Source of the DNA: Escherichia phage vB_EcoM_3HA11
Sequence record: MN342150
DNA: 64,000 nucleotides
Reading direction: 5' to 3' (one strand)
Position 1 is the first letter of the stretch; each line of letters opens with the position of its first letter. Of the stretch, positions 37,889-47,693 are shown piece by piece. The translations under genes were made by a program, and so were the position numbers. The notes beneath the pieces were generated by a model. The model did not search any database. It worked only from the letters and a program-made list of their open reading frames with translations, and had not been told where the DNA came from.

Positions 37889-38311
37889 ATGGCCGCTCCG
37901 TCACTGTTCGATTACCTGGGTGCTCTGAACAGCACCAAAGAGAATCTGTTGTTGACCGAAGACCCCGAAATCAGAAAGGCTTTTGATCCTTTCATGACTC
38001 GGCGCGGCCTTGCTCAGAGTAAAGACACGTTGGTGGTTGCAGAACGAATGAACCGCTTCCATGCCATTACTCCTTGGATGCAATGGAACCTTGCGTTTCA
38101 TAGTATTCCAGCAAAACGCCGTTATGACAAATGGTCTAAGAAAGGAGCCATGGACCCTGATGTAAAATTGATTTCTGAGTATTACTACATCAGTCCTGAA
38201 AAGGCTTCTGAGTATGTTCGATTCCTGCCGAAAGAAGTCCTGGCTGAAATCAAGGCGAAGGTCGAACGTTCCAACAGCAACGAAAAAGCTAAACCGCGCA
38301 AGGCTAAGTAA
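37889..38311 (+). CDS. Clamp loader small subunit (gp62-like), by position
   Basis: 140-aa ORF between gp44-like and regA-like genes as in T4. Confidence 0.45.
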   Translation: MAAPSLFDYLGALNSTKENLLLTEDPEIRKAFDPFMTRRGLAQSKDTLVVAERMNRFHAITPWMQWNLAFHSIPAKRRYDKWSKKGAMDPDVKLISEYYYISPEKASEYVRFLPKEVLAEIKAKVERSNSNEKAKPRKAK

Positions 38312-38340
38312 TTCAAATTATTGTTAAAGGGGTACGAGTC

Positions 38341-38805
38341 ATGGCGCGTAATACGCTGGACATCTTGAAACTTTCAGCTGTTAACGATGAGGCCAGCATC
38401 GTTGATTGTATGGTTGAAGTTCAATTGAACCAAGATAAACCAGGAATTTTCCTGGGTATCAAGGAAACGCTGAGCCGCATCGGGGTGAACACTCGTCAAG
38501 AGCCGAATACCCTGTACCAAACATGTCATATTCTGCATAAATTTGGCAGATATCACATCGTGCACTTCAAGCATCTTTTCATGCTGGATGGGCATTACAA
38601 CGGCTTTACGCGTGAAGATGTCCTGCGTATGAATCGGATTATTCGGCTTTTGGAGCAGTGGAATATGGTTAAAATACTGCATCCGGAACAGATTACCGAA
38701 GTTGCTGATATGTCTCGAATCAAAGTTGTAAAACATGACCAAGTTTCTGATTGGAAACTGGTTCCAAAATATACCATCCGCCCGAGTCGGGCGAAAAGCG
38801 AATAA
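38341..38805 (+). CDS. regA: Translational repressor RegA-like
   Basis: Segments LYQTCHILHKFGRYHIVHFKHLFMLDGH and C-terminal WKLVPKYTI match recalled T4 RegA; N-terminal extension may reflect an upstream start. Confidence 0.7.
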   Translation: MARNTLDILKLSAVNDEASIVDCMVEVQLNQDKPGIFLGIKETLSRIGVNTRQEPNTLYQTCHILHKFGRYHIVHFKHLFMLDGHYNGFTREDVLRMNRIIRLLEQWNMVKILHPEQITEVADMSRIKVVKHDQVSDWKLVPKYTIRPSRAKSE

Positions 38806-38821
38806 CTGGAGTCGCTATATT

Positions 38822-39685
38822 ATGACAACTACATTTAATAAAAACGTGAGACTGAATCTGGCTTTTGGTAATGCTGCAGGGGACGTGACCGACCCCGACT
38901 TTAGCAAAATTCGCAATCAGGCAAAACTCGTGCTGGAAGAGACCCGCGAACTTCTGGAAGCGGCTTATTACGATCATCAAGTGGTTCTAACATTAGAATT
39001 GAATCCTCGAGAAAGCGAGACGCCGACCACTACCGAAGATCTGATGAAAGCCATCATGGACGCGCAGGGTGATATCACTACTGTTAACGACGGTGTGGCC
39101 CATATCGCGGGTTTCAATGGCGATGAGTGTTTACAGCGCGTGTTTGCTTCCAACATGAGCAAGTTTATCCGCTCTGAAGATGAAGTCGGTCCGGCTCTGG
39201 ACTATTACTATTCTCGCGGTTTCCCTGATGGGCAATTGCGTGTGGAAGGCGAATTCCCTCAGGCATGTATTAAAGTTAATGAAACTGTCGTTTGGAATGG
39301 TAAAGAATATCCTAAAGGGAAATTCCTTAAAAACATGGCCGTTTTCCAAGAGCCTGATTTTTCTGACATGCTGACCAAAACTCCTTCCCGCCAGATCAAC
39401 GATATCGTTGCCAGCATGGCGATTGAAGAAGGTCAGGTGTTTATCGATGATCTCAATGGCGTGGCGTTGGTATCCCCGAACACATTGGGTGTAATCCTTT
39501 CCATGGCTGTTGAAAAAACTTCTCAACCTGTAGAGATCGACGGGCAAATCGAAAGTTATGTGCCAGCGTTCATCGTGGATGACACCAATATGCCTAAGCT
39601 GTGTGGGGTGTGGGGTTCTAATGTTCGTGTTTATGCGAGCACTCCAGTGCAGAACACGGTAACACACCTCTCCCGTATCGATTAA
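38822..39685 (+). CDS. Hypothetical protein, possibly MazG-like N-terminal region
   Basis: 289 aa from internal ATG; N-terminal LVLEETRELLEAA resembles the ExxEL.EA motif of all-alpha NTP pyrophosphatases; weak. Confidence 0.3.
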   Translation: MTTTFNKNVRLNLAFGNAAGDVTDPDFSKIRNQAKLVLEETRELLEAAYYDHQVVLTLELNPRESETPTTTEDLMKAIMDAQGDITTVNDGVAHIAGFNGDECLQRVFASNMSKFIRSEDEVGPALDYYYSRGFPDGQLRVEGEFPQACIKVNETVVWNGKEYPKGKFLKNMAVFQEPDFSDMLTKTPSRQINDIVASMAIEEGQVFIDDLNGVALVSPNTLGVILSMAVEKTSQPVEIDGQIESYVPAFIVDDTNMPKLCGVWGSNVRVYASTPVQNTVTHLSRID

Positions 39686-39751
39686 TATAAACCGTTATTC
39701 ATTAAACAACAGAGGCTATAATGGCCTCTGTTTTTGTATTGAGAGGATACC

Positions 39752-40975
39752 ATGAAAGATAAACCGTGTGACATTCCTTATTGCGGTGTTCGGGAAGCTA
39801 AAATTAAATCTGCACATCCCATGTTAAGCCCATTCCATAAACAACTCGCATACGAATGGATGAGCGAGCGCTATAAGATCCACGTGAGAAAGGACGTCCA
39901 GCGTCTTCCTGCTCCTTGGACGGATAATCCCATACTACGGCAGGTCAAGTTCTGTAACGTCCGGAGAGAGCACGACAGGCAGTCTCTTAACCTGATCAAT
40001 AATATTGTCAAGAACGATGCTCTGGGCATGGCAGACAAGATGTTCAACTGCGTGTTGTTCCGCATGTTCAACCTCTGGGATCCTATCAAGGCTATCGGCG
40101 GTGCTCGCACGATCAAAGAGTTCGCAAACATCGATCTTGATGTAACCCGCAATCAACTTCAGGAATTTGAGGCCAATGGTGGTAAAGTGTTCACCAATGC
40201 ATTCAACACAGGCGGTCTAAAACAATGTCTGGCGTTCCCTGAACTTGTTGTCAACCACAAGGAGCAGCGCTTCGGTGGGATGATGGTTAAGGTACACCGT
40301 GTTGGCCAGGGTGTCGTGGATGAATTGGATTACAAGGTCGCCAAGAAGCTGGTTGAAGAGAATCCTGGGGAGTACACGATTGAGGGTTGGGAGCCGTACA
40401 TGCCAATGCGTGTCATCCGCTCTTTGAAGGCATTCGTCAACAAGTACCCCGATTACTTCAATGATCTTTTACGTCTTGACTCTCCGCTGAAAGTTTACCA
40501 GCGCATGTATGACGACATTGAAGGGCTTGGGCCATTCCTGGCATATCAGATCTGGGTGGACTTCACATACATCCCTGAGTATCCATTCAGTGAGAATCAT
40601 TTCACTATTGCTGGTCCAGGTTGCCGTGCGGGTATTGACCTGATGTTCCTGGATAAGGACGGCATGACTCATGAAGAATGCATCTTCTGGATTCGAGATC
40701 ACCAGTATCAAATGTTTGCTCAGTATGGTTATGTCCGAGAGCAGTTCTGGTCAGCCGAAGCGCCGGAAGATCAGTGCATGAACGTCATGCAGCTGGAGAA
40801 CATGTTCTGTGAATTGAGCAAGTACACCCGCTGTGTTGAGGCCATCGAGAGAGGAGAAAAGCCACGCGGCAAGGTCGGTTATGATGGAGGCGGGGAATAC
40901 AAAAAGCGATGCGATGAAGTTGTCCTCAATCGCGGATCGGTCAATTTGTTAGATCGTTTGAAGAAACCTGAATAA
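39752..40975 (+). CDS. HhH-GPD (DNA glycosylase-like) superfamily protein with Cys cluster
   Basis: Helix-hairpin-helix IEGLGPFLAYQI followed ~25 aa later by Gly/Pro loop and Asp (TIAGPGCRAGID); four C-terminal Cys (C-x10-C-x7-C-x25-C) possibly a metal/Fe-S site. Confidence 0.4.
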   Translation: MKDKPCDIPYCGVREAKIKSAHPMLSPFHKQLAYEWMSERYKIHVRKDVQRLPAPWTDNPILRQVKFCNVRREHDRQSLNLINNIVKNDALGMADKMFNCVLFRMFNLWDPIKAIGGARTIKEFANIDLDVTRNQLQEFEANGGKVFTNAFNTGGLKQCLAFPELVVNHKEQRFGGMMVKVHRVGQGVVDELDYKVAKKLVEENPGEYTIEGWEPYMPMRVIRSLKAFVNKYPDYFNDLLRLDSPLKVYQRMYDDIEGLGPFLAYQIWVDFTYIPEYPFSENHFTIAGPGCRAGIDLMFLDKDGMTHEECIFWIRDHQYQMFAQYGYVREQFWSAEAPEDQCMNVMQLENMFCELSKYTRCVEAIERGEKPRGKVGYDGGGEYKKRCDEVVLNRGSVNLLDRLKKPE

Positions 40976-41039
40976 AGAATCGCTTTACTTCGTTCTTCAA
41001 TAACCCCCTTTCAGCGTATATTGACCTCACTTTAACGAC

Positions 41040-41057
41040 GCGCCCCGATAAGGGCGC
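41040..41057 (+). promoter_or_regulatory. GC hairpin gcgccc-cgataa-gggcgc in intergenic region
   Basis: Perfect 6-bp stem; possible terminator or RNA processing site between the glycosylase-like and 673-aa genes. Confidence 0.3.
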
Positions 41058-41088
41058 TCACTTTGAACTGAAACAGGAAGACTATACC

Positions 41089-43110
41089 ATGGCAGAATTC
41101 AAACCCTTCGCAACAGCAGTTAATAACAACGTTCTGGCGATGTCCGCAACTGGTCTGTTCATGACCAATATCGATAAAGATGCTCTTTGGGATCTGTATC
41201 TGGCATCTTTCCCTGCTGGTACTAACCCGCTGTACCGCGAACGTACTGAACACGATTGCACCTGCTGTAAACAATTCATCCGTAACATCGGCGGTGTTGT
41301 CACCATCGATTCAGAACTGAACGTAATTTCTATCTGGGACAACATTGATCTGGGTAATGAATATGACGTGGTGGCTGCGGCTCTTTCCGCGTATGTTAAA
41401 CAACACGCAATCGTCGATGTTTATTTTAACGATTCTGCCAAAGTCGGCCTGTCTCACAATCACGAATCTGGTGAAGATGGCAAAATCCGTACTTACAATC
41501 ATTTCCATACCCAATTACTTGGTAGCTATGTTCTGCGTCCGGACGCAATCGCTTCGAAAAAAGGTGAAATCCGCCAGGCTATTGAATTGTTTGAACGCGG
41601 TCTGCGTGAAATTACTCTGGAATCAGCTGAAATCGTTCTGGAACTGATTGACCAGAATTCTCTGTATCGCGGCGCAGAACACAAAGCAGCAGTGAAGGGA
41701 TTCGTTGAAACCAAAAAGGCATATGAACAAATCCCCGAATCAGCCCGTTCTCTGTGGACATGGCATACTGGATACCGTTCAAACAATCATGTTCCACACG
41801 GCATCCGTAACACAGTTATCGGCACTCTGCTGACAGATATCAGCGAAGGCGTGGAACTGGAAAAGGCTGTTAAGTCGTTTGAATCCAAAGTTGCTCCGGC
41901 GAACTACAAACGTCCGACAGCGCTGGTTTCAAAATCCATGATCGAAAACGCTCAGAAAGAAGTTATTGCTCTGGGTTTGGAAGACTCACTGGCGCGTCGT
42001 TATGCGGTTTATGATGACCTGACGATCAACAACGTTTTGTTCGCAGATCTGGCCGCTCAGAAAGCGATGGATCCGTTTGCACAGCTGGCCGCAGAAGTGA
42101 AAACTCCGACTAAGTCCTTAGAAAAAGTTGAAGAGATCAGCGTTGATGATTTCCTGAGCAATGTTCTACCAAAAGCGCATTCAATGGAAGTGCTGGTAGA
42201 GAATTCTCATACCAGCAACCTGATGTCCCTGGTTGCTCCGGCGAACCCAGATGCACCTAACCTGTTCAAGTGGAACAACGGTTTCTCCTGGTCTTACAAC
42301 GGTGAAGTGACCGATTCCATTAAAGAACGTGTAAAAGCTGCTGGTGGTAAAGTTGACGGGTATCTGCGCGTTTCCTTGGCGTGGCACAATAACGACGACC
42401 TCGATCTGCATATGTTCTTTAACAATATGGAGCACGTTTACTTCCGTGATCGTCGCTCTATGACAGGTGCCCATCTGGATATCGATATGAACGGTATGGA
42501 TGGTATCGATCCAAACCGCGCTCCGGTGGAAAATATCATCTTTACAGATGAAAGCAAGCTGCGCGATGGTGAATACCGTTTCGAAATCCACAACTACAAT
42601 CAACGTGAAAAGATCGACGAAGGGTTTGAAGTCGAAGTAGAATACAAAGGCGCAACGCATCGTTTCAGCCATCCCGGCCTGAAAGATCAGGGGCGTATCA
42701 CTGCAGTCATCCTGACTGTTAAAGACAAACAAGTTGTTGGCATTAAGTCCGAACTGGCTAATGTTGATAAGTCTAAAGAAGTTTGGGGTATCAAGACTGC
42801 GACCTTCCAGAAAGTACAGCTGGTCCTGAATTCACCAAACCATTGGGATGGGGAGCAAACTGGTAACAAGCATGTGTTCTTCATTCTTGAAGGTTGTGCT
42901 AATCCTGAAGGTACTCGTGGTTTCTACAACGAATATCTGAAGCCAGAACTGGATAAACATCGTAAGGTTTTTGAAATGTTGGGTAGTAAAATGAAAGTCC
43001 AGCCGAATGAAAACCAACTGTCCGGTCTGGGATTCTCGACGACGCAACGCAACCACGTGTTCGTCAAAGTGTCCGGCGCGTTTAACCGTACTGTAAAAGT
43101 CATTTTCTAA
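41089..43110 (+). CDS. Hypothetical large protein (673 aa)
   Basis: Long ORF with RBS-like GGAAG; no confident motif (N-terminal HDCTCCKQF Cys cluster). Confidence 0.5.
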   Translation: MAEFKPFATAVNNNVLAMSATGLFMTNIDKDALWDLYLASFPAGTNPLYRERTEHDCTCCKQFIRNIGGVVTIDSELNVISIWDNIDLGNEYDVVAAALSAYVKQHAIVDVYFNDSAKVGLSHNHESGEDGKIRTYNHFHTQLLGSYVLRPDAIASKKGEIRQAIELFERGLREITLESAEIVLELIDQNSLYRGAEHKAAVKGFVETKKAYEQIPESARSLWTWHTGYRSNNHVPHGIRNTVIGTLLTDISEGVELEKAVKSFESKVAPANYKRPTALVSKSMIENAQKEVIALGLEDSLARRYAVYDDLTINNVLFADLAAQKAMDPFAQLAAEVKTPTKSLEKVEEISVDDFLSNVLPKAHSMEVLVENSHTSNLMSLVAPANPDAPNLFKWNNGFSWSYNGEVTDSIKERVKAAGGKVDGYLRVSLAWHNNDDLDLHMFFNNMEHVYFRDRRSMTGAHLDIDMNGMDGIDPNRAPVENIIFTDESKLRDGEYRFEIHNYNQREKIDEGFEVEVEYKGATHRFSHPGLKDQGRITAVILTVKDKQVVGIKSELANVDKSKEVWGIKTATFQKVQLVLNSPNHWDGEQTGNKHVFFILEGCANPEGTRGFYNEYLKPELDKHRKVFEMLGSKMKVQPNENQLSGLGFSTTQRNHVFVKVSGAFNRTVKVIF

Positions 43111-43147
43111 TTGATTTTACCACAAATTCGTAATAAGGAACAATGAA

Positions 43148-43519
43148 ATGTTTGATCAAGCAACCCGTTTAAAACTGCGTTTCAACTCTAACAAAGGTCT
43201 GCTGTCTGTTGAGCAGGTTTGGGATCTGAACCTGAATGCCCTAAACGAACTGGCGAAAGACCTCAGCCGTCAGGTGAAGGAAGCCGCCAGCGATGAAGAA
43301 GATTTCATCGGCGTGAAAAGCGCAGTCGACTCTCAGTTACAACTGCGTTTCGATATCGTGAAAGCGATCATCGGTGTTAAACTGAAAGAACGTGACGAAA
43401 GCGCAACCGCCGCCGAACGTAAAGCGAATAACCAGGCGATCATGGAACTGATCCAGCGTAAGAAACAGCAGGAACTGGAAGGCCTCTCTGTTGAAGAACT
43501 GGAAAAACTCCTGAAATAA
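43148..43519 (+). CDS. Hypothetical coiled-coil protein
   Basis: 123 aa, charged helical repeats. Confidence 0.35.
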   Translation: MFDQATRLKLRFNSNKGLLSVEQVWDLNLNALNELAKDLSRQVKEAASDEEDFIGVKSAVDSQLQLRFDIVKAIIGVKLKERDESATAAERKANNQAIMELIQRKKQQELEGLSVEELEKLLK

Positions 43520-43578
43520 TCTGTCGGCTCCGGCCTGAGCAACCCCGCTATGTGCGGGGTTTCTTTTGGAGAAATATT

Positions 43579-43815
43579 ATGAAACAAATTACTAAGACAG
43601 TACAAATCACCCAATATCAAACGGATGACGGCAGAGTGTTCGATACTCTTGGTCAGGCCGAACATTATGAGAAGATGAAGTCCGGTATTCGCAAGGTATG
43701 CTCTTCTTGTGATGGCAAAGGTCGCGACTCTCCGTCGGGCGACGGGCGTGATATGACGACTTGTCATTATTGTGGTGGTAAAGGCTGGGTAGAAAAGAAA
43801 GAGATATGGGGTTAA
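43579..43815 (+). CDS. Small zinc-finger protein (CxxC..CxxC)
   Basis: CSSCDGKG ... CHYCGGKGW motifs. Confidence 0.4.
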   Translation: MKQITKTVQITQYQTDDGRVFDTLGQAEHYEKMKSGIRKVCSSCDGKGRDSPSGDGRDMTTCHYCGGKGWVEKKEIWG

Positions 43816-44225
43816 TGAAACCTGTCATCTGTGATTACTGCGGTCAACCTGCCCAATACGTCGGGGGCGATGCTGTATACCCCCACCGCCCCGACCTCCG
43901 CAATCTGAAGTTCTGGGTATGCTCGCCATGCGACGCTCGTGTGGGTTGCCATACCCATGGGGATGGTAGACAACCTCTGGGAAGGATGGCGAATGCCGCT
44001 CTCCGTGCTGCTAAGCAGGAAGCTCATAGGTCGTTTGACCCTATCTGGAAAAGTGGGCAGAGGAGCAGGAGTGATGCTTACAGCTGGCTGGCTCATAATC
44101 TGGGGATCAAGAAGCGCGATTGCCATATCGGCTTGTTCGATATCGATATGTGCCGTAAAGTAGTCGCTGTGTGTAATCAACTAAAGGCACAAGATAATGT
44201 CAAAGGAAATACAAGAAGCATTTGA
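43806..44225 (+). CDS. Zinc-ribbon protein
   Basis: CDYCG ... CSPCDARVGCH. Confidence 0.4.
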   Translation: MGLMKPVICDYCGQPAQYVGGDAVYPHRPDLRNLKFWVCSPCDARVGCHTHGDGRQPLGRMANAALRAAKQEAHRSFDPIWKSGQRSRSDAYSWLAHNLGIKKRDCHIGLFDIDMCRKVVAVCNQLKAQDNVKGNTRSI

Positions 44226-44448
44226 AAAATTATCTCAGGTAATGACCGACTGCAACCGCCGGAATTATTGTGATGAAGCGTATACCAAATTGAAAACTGC
44301 TGTTGAAACCGAGCTGGCAGGTCTTTCCGTTTTCAAAGATATTCAGACCGAAGTGCTATATCTGTCGGATGAAGATTTAAGGCGTTGCCCCCGCAAGATT
44401 TACCAATTACTGGATCGTTTGGTGAAAGTGGGGGTGAATAATGGGTAA
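44197..44448 (+). CDS. Hypothetical protein
   Basis: 83-aa ORF. Confidence 0.3.
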   Translation: MSKEIQEAFEKLSQVMTDCNRRNYCDEAYTKLKTAVETELAGLSVFKDIQTEVLYLSDEDLRRCPRKIYQLLDRLVKVGVNNG

Positions 44449-45166
44449 TCGTGAAGGGATTAAACTCACACCAGAACTTCTGAAGTCACATATTGCTGAA
44501 GTGATTTATGAAGACCGTGAAGTTGGTGGTCACCGCGTCATTACATGCCATTTCAAGATGGACAATGGGTTCGTTGTGTGGGGTAAGAATAGTTCCACAT
44601 CGGTAGACCCTGCCAACTTCGATGAAGAAATAGGCAAGCAGCTGGCCTATGAAAAGACCCTTTCTCAACTGTGGGAACTGGAAGCATATCGCGCGATGGT
44701 AGAAAAGCAGATCATCGATGTGTCTGCCGAAGATGCTAAGATCAACATTGATGAATATGTGTCAGAAAGGGAAGCGATACATGAGATGGGTGGTTCTGAA
44801 TTTCTTAAGGGTAAAGGACAATCCATCGTGTTTCGTCATCCCAAAGATCCAAGTCGGGGATTTCGCGTTGAATTTGTTCGCACCGATAATGAACGTTATA
44901 ACGAACGACGCAATGGTGAGGCACGATCTTTGGTGGAAGCGTATCTTCGCTCGTTCATGACTTCTGAAGAACTAAATTCTGAACTTGTCTTGCGTTTGGC
45001 GAAAACGTGTAATGCTGCTTCAGGGGATTATCCGTGGTGTGACCTGTCAGAAGACAAACGCCAAGCAGCCTGTGATCGTGTTAAGAAATTCTTGTTAGAT
45101 CCGAAAGCCCAACCTGGTGATTCCGTAGGGGCACTGTATAGAGCCATTGTGGTGTCCTACTTGTAA
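44441..45166 (+). CDS. Hypothetical protein
   Basis: 241-aa ORF. Confidence 0.4.
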   Translation: MGNREGIKLTPELLKSHIAEVIYEDREVGGHRVITCHFKMDNGFVVWGKNSSTSVDPANFDEEIGKQLAYEKTLSQLWELEAYRAMVEKQIIDVSAEDAKINIDEYVSEREAIHEMGGSEFLKGKGQSIVFRHPKDPSRGFRVEFVRTDNERYNERRNGEARSLVEAYLRSFMTSEELNSELVLRLAKTCNAASGDYPWCDLSEDKRQAACDRVKKFLLDPKAQPGDSVGALYRAIVVSYL

Positions 45167-45235
45167 TTCTTCAAAAGTCTTTCAAAATCAATAACGTCCG
45201 GCAAAATGCTGGGCGTTTCAATTAATAAGCCAAGG

Positions 45236-45241
45236 TATAAT
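45236..45241 (+). promoter_or_regulatory. Possible sigma70 -10 element TATAAT
   Basis: Exact TATAAT in a 267-bp intergenic region; no good -35. Confidence 0.25.
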
Positions 45242-45433
45242 GGCCCAACTGAAAACGCGGGGGAATTTCTTTGTCCAAGCCATTCATTCGTTCCGGAGTT
45301 GATTCTCTAGACTCCCAATTTAAGCCGAGCGAAGTTTTAATCCAACAAATTGAAACCAATCGTGAATTCATAGAACACATGTTGGCAAAGCCGGAAGGTG
45401 AAGCCGCTCAAACCACCAAAGAAGGTAATAACG

Positions 45434-47650
45434 ATGATTGAATCATTAACATTTAAAAATGCGGTAGCAACCGTCGCGCCGTCTAACCATGTAATCGTTG
45501 TGGATATCTCCGGTTCCATGTACCGTTCACTTCCTGAAGTTCGCAAGCATCTGAAGGAAAATCTCCCGTCTCTGGTTAAACCAGAAGATACCGTCAGCAT
45601 TCTTTACTTTTCATCCCGTGGTGATTTCGGTACGGTATTCGCTGGCCGTCAGATCAATAGCGCGACCGATCTCAGTGAAATCAATAAACTGATTGACCGC
45701 TTCCTGCAACCGTCCGGTTGTACGGGATTTGTAGAACCTCTGAAGTTGGCTGCTGAAACCGCGTTGAGCCTGAACAAACCTGGTTATGTCAATAACCTGG
45801 CGTTCATGACCGACGGCTATGACAACTGCTGGCGCTCTAATGAAATTCTGGCAGCAGCTGAAGTACTGCCCAAGGCGTTCGATAATATTACATTCATCGA
45901 ATATGGCTGGTACTGTAACCGCGAACTTCTGGCCCTGATGTCCGAGCGTTCTGGCGCGACTCACGTGTTTGCCGAAGGTCAGACTGAATATCAGACCGAA
46001 CTGGAAAACGTACTGAAATCATCTACGCCGAAAGTGGTTGTTGATGTTCCCCTGGTTTACACTCATGCCATCTACGTTGAAAACGGCGTGGCAACTGTGC
46101 TAGCCGTACAACCAGATGAAGAACACCCGATTGGCCACGTCAGCATCCCTGAAAGCGTTTCTCAGCTGTGGGTTGTAAACCCCGACATGATCGACCAGCT
46201 GGATAATCTGGCAGACACCCAGGCGGCATACGTGCTGGCATTCTATGGCGTGTACACCATGGACGCCGATCTGGTCTGGGCCGCGCTGAAGAAGACGGGT
46301 GACGTCCGCTTCATCAAACAATACAGCAACTGTTTCACCAAGCAGGACTATTCCAACATCAAAGTCGATCTGACCCAGGCTATCGTGGATGAAACTCTGC
46401 GCGGCGTAGATGGCATCGATTACAATATGGTTCCAGCTGAAGATGCAACAACCATTGTTGATGTCTTGACCTACCTGGCCGAAGCCGATGTCTCTGTTGT
46501 CACTAAGCATCCACTGTTCTCTTACAACAGTATTGGGCGCGGTACTGTACAGAAAGTTGACGACACCGAAGACAAATTGGCCGAAGAGATTGCGAATGCG
46601 ACTTCTAAAGAAGAGCGTAAAGCCCTGGCGCTCAAACTGGCCGAGCACGAAGATTGGACGCCGGAATTTACTCCGGTTGATGACAAAGGGATTGTCCCAA
46701 TTAGCAATCTGGTCTATAATTCAGAACGTCCTAACATCAGTGTACAAACAGTTCAACACGGAACGGTTGTTGTACCCGAGTTCGTACAGAAGAAATATGA
46801 ACTTCCTGAAGAGTTGGGAACCTGGCGTTATCGCAATTACACCATTGTCAAGGATGGTATCATCAACCTGAAAACAATGCCTATTACTGCGGATTCTCCG
46901 ATTGTTCGGGCTAAGGTGGCACAGGATTTGACTGCCATGGGTGTTCATGTGTTTGGTGGACCGGAAGTCTTCATTGTAAATCTGGAAAGTGTCCCAATGG
47001 TTAACCGCGCTATGACAAAGAATATCAGTGCTGCTGAATTCTTTGCAGACAATGTGCGCCGTGAAGCATTGAAGGCGAAACAAAAAGTTCTGAAATTCTA
47101 TCGTGATGAGCTGGTTGGTAAAGGCAATGCTGCTGGTTTGGCTTCAAAATATGGCAAAGAAGCGGCTGATTTCCTGTCAGCAAACGGCATTCGCGACTAT
47201 GGATTTTCACCGAAGACTTCTTCTGTAGAATCAACTGATGTCTATATGAGTCGTGAATTGAATGTGAAAATCAAAGGCGCATCTTCACTGCCGAGCATCG
47301 CGTCTGTTATCAAAAAACAGACGGACGGTAAAAAACTGAATGTCGCTGATCAGCTGATCGCTAATGCCCTGGCTGAATACAATGCATTCGTTAAATCACC
47401 GATGATCACCAGCGTACCGGAAGAGACTCAGAAAAAGCTGATCGAAAGTTGGATTGGTGATGCAGCAAAAGCAGCTATCAACGAAGTTCGCGCTCTGAAC
47501 AAAACGCTGTCCAAGGTAGTTTATGGGATTGTTGCAGGCCATGGTTGGTTTACCGACCTGGATTTGGAAGAATCCACTATGGATGTGGAAGTTGATGGGG
47601 TGAAATACACCGTCACTGCCGAACTGGCCGAAAAAGAAGTCAAAATCTAA
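45434..47650 (+). CDS. von Willebrand factor A (vWA) domain protein with MIDAS motif
   Basis: N-terminal VIVVDISGSMY (DxSxS) followed by hydrophobic strands typical of vWA; 738 aa from ATG after AAGAAGG. Confidence 0.6.
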   Translation: MIESLTFKNAVATVAPSNHVIVVDISGSMYRSLPEVRKHLKENLPSLVKPEDTVSILYFSSRGDFGTVFAGRQINSATDLSEINKLIDRFLQPSGCTGFVEPLKLAAETALSLNKPGYVNNLAFMTDGYDNCWRSNEILAAAEVLPKAFDNITFIEYGWYCNRELLALMSERSGATHVFAEGQTEYQTELENVLKSSTPKVVVDVPLVYTHAIYVENGVATVLAVQPDEEHPIGHVSIPESVSQLWVVNPDMIDQLDNLADTQAAYVLAFYGVYTMDADLVWAALKKTGDVRFIKQYSNCFTKQDYSNIKVDLTQAIVDETLRGVDGIDYNMVPAEDATTIVDVLTYLAEADVSVVTKHPLFSYNSIGRGTVQKVDDTEDKLAEEIANATSKEERKALALKLAEHEDWTPEFTPVDDKGIVPISNLVYNSERPNISVQTVQHGTVVVPEFVQKKYELPEELGTWRYRNYTIVKDGIINLKTMPITADSPIVRAKVAQDLTAMGVHVFGGPEVFIVNLESVPMVNRAMTKNISAAEFFADNVRREALKAKQKVLKFYRDELVGKGNAAGLASKYGKEAADFLSANGIRDYGFSPKTSSVESTDVYMSRELNVKIKGASSLPSIASVIKKQTDGKKLNVADQLIANALAEYNAFVKSPMITSVPEETQKKLIESWIGDAAKAAINEVRALNKTLSKVVYGIVAGHGWFTDLDLEESTMDVEVDGVKYTVTAELAEKEVKI

Positions 47651-47693
47651 ATTCATCTGGCGGGGAAACCCGCCTTCATTTTGAGATATGCTT

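Noticed and set aside
42230-42260. KVDGYLR in the 673-aa protein as a ligase/capping-enzyme KxDG motif I
   Set aside because: Spacing is KxDGxxR rather than KxDGxR and no downstream nucleotidyltransferase motifs III-V were seen; likely coincidental
42181-42732. 183-aa - strand ORF inside the 673-aa gene
   Set aside because: Embedded antisense ORF; the + strand ORF is much longer and fits the operon orientation
45290-45350. Possible tRNA in the 267-bp intergenic region (ggagt..actcc stem)
   Set aside because: No acceptor stem, T-loop consensus or anticodon-arm geometry could be fitted by eye; needs tRNAscan before any call
46100-46648. 182-aa - strand ORF inside the vWA gene
   Set aside because: Embedded antisense ORF
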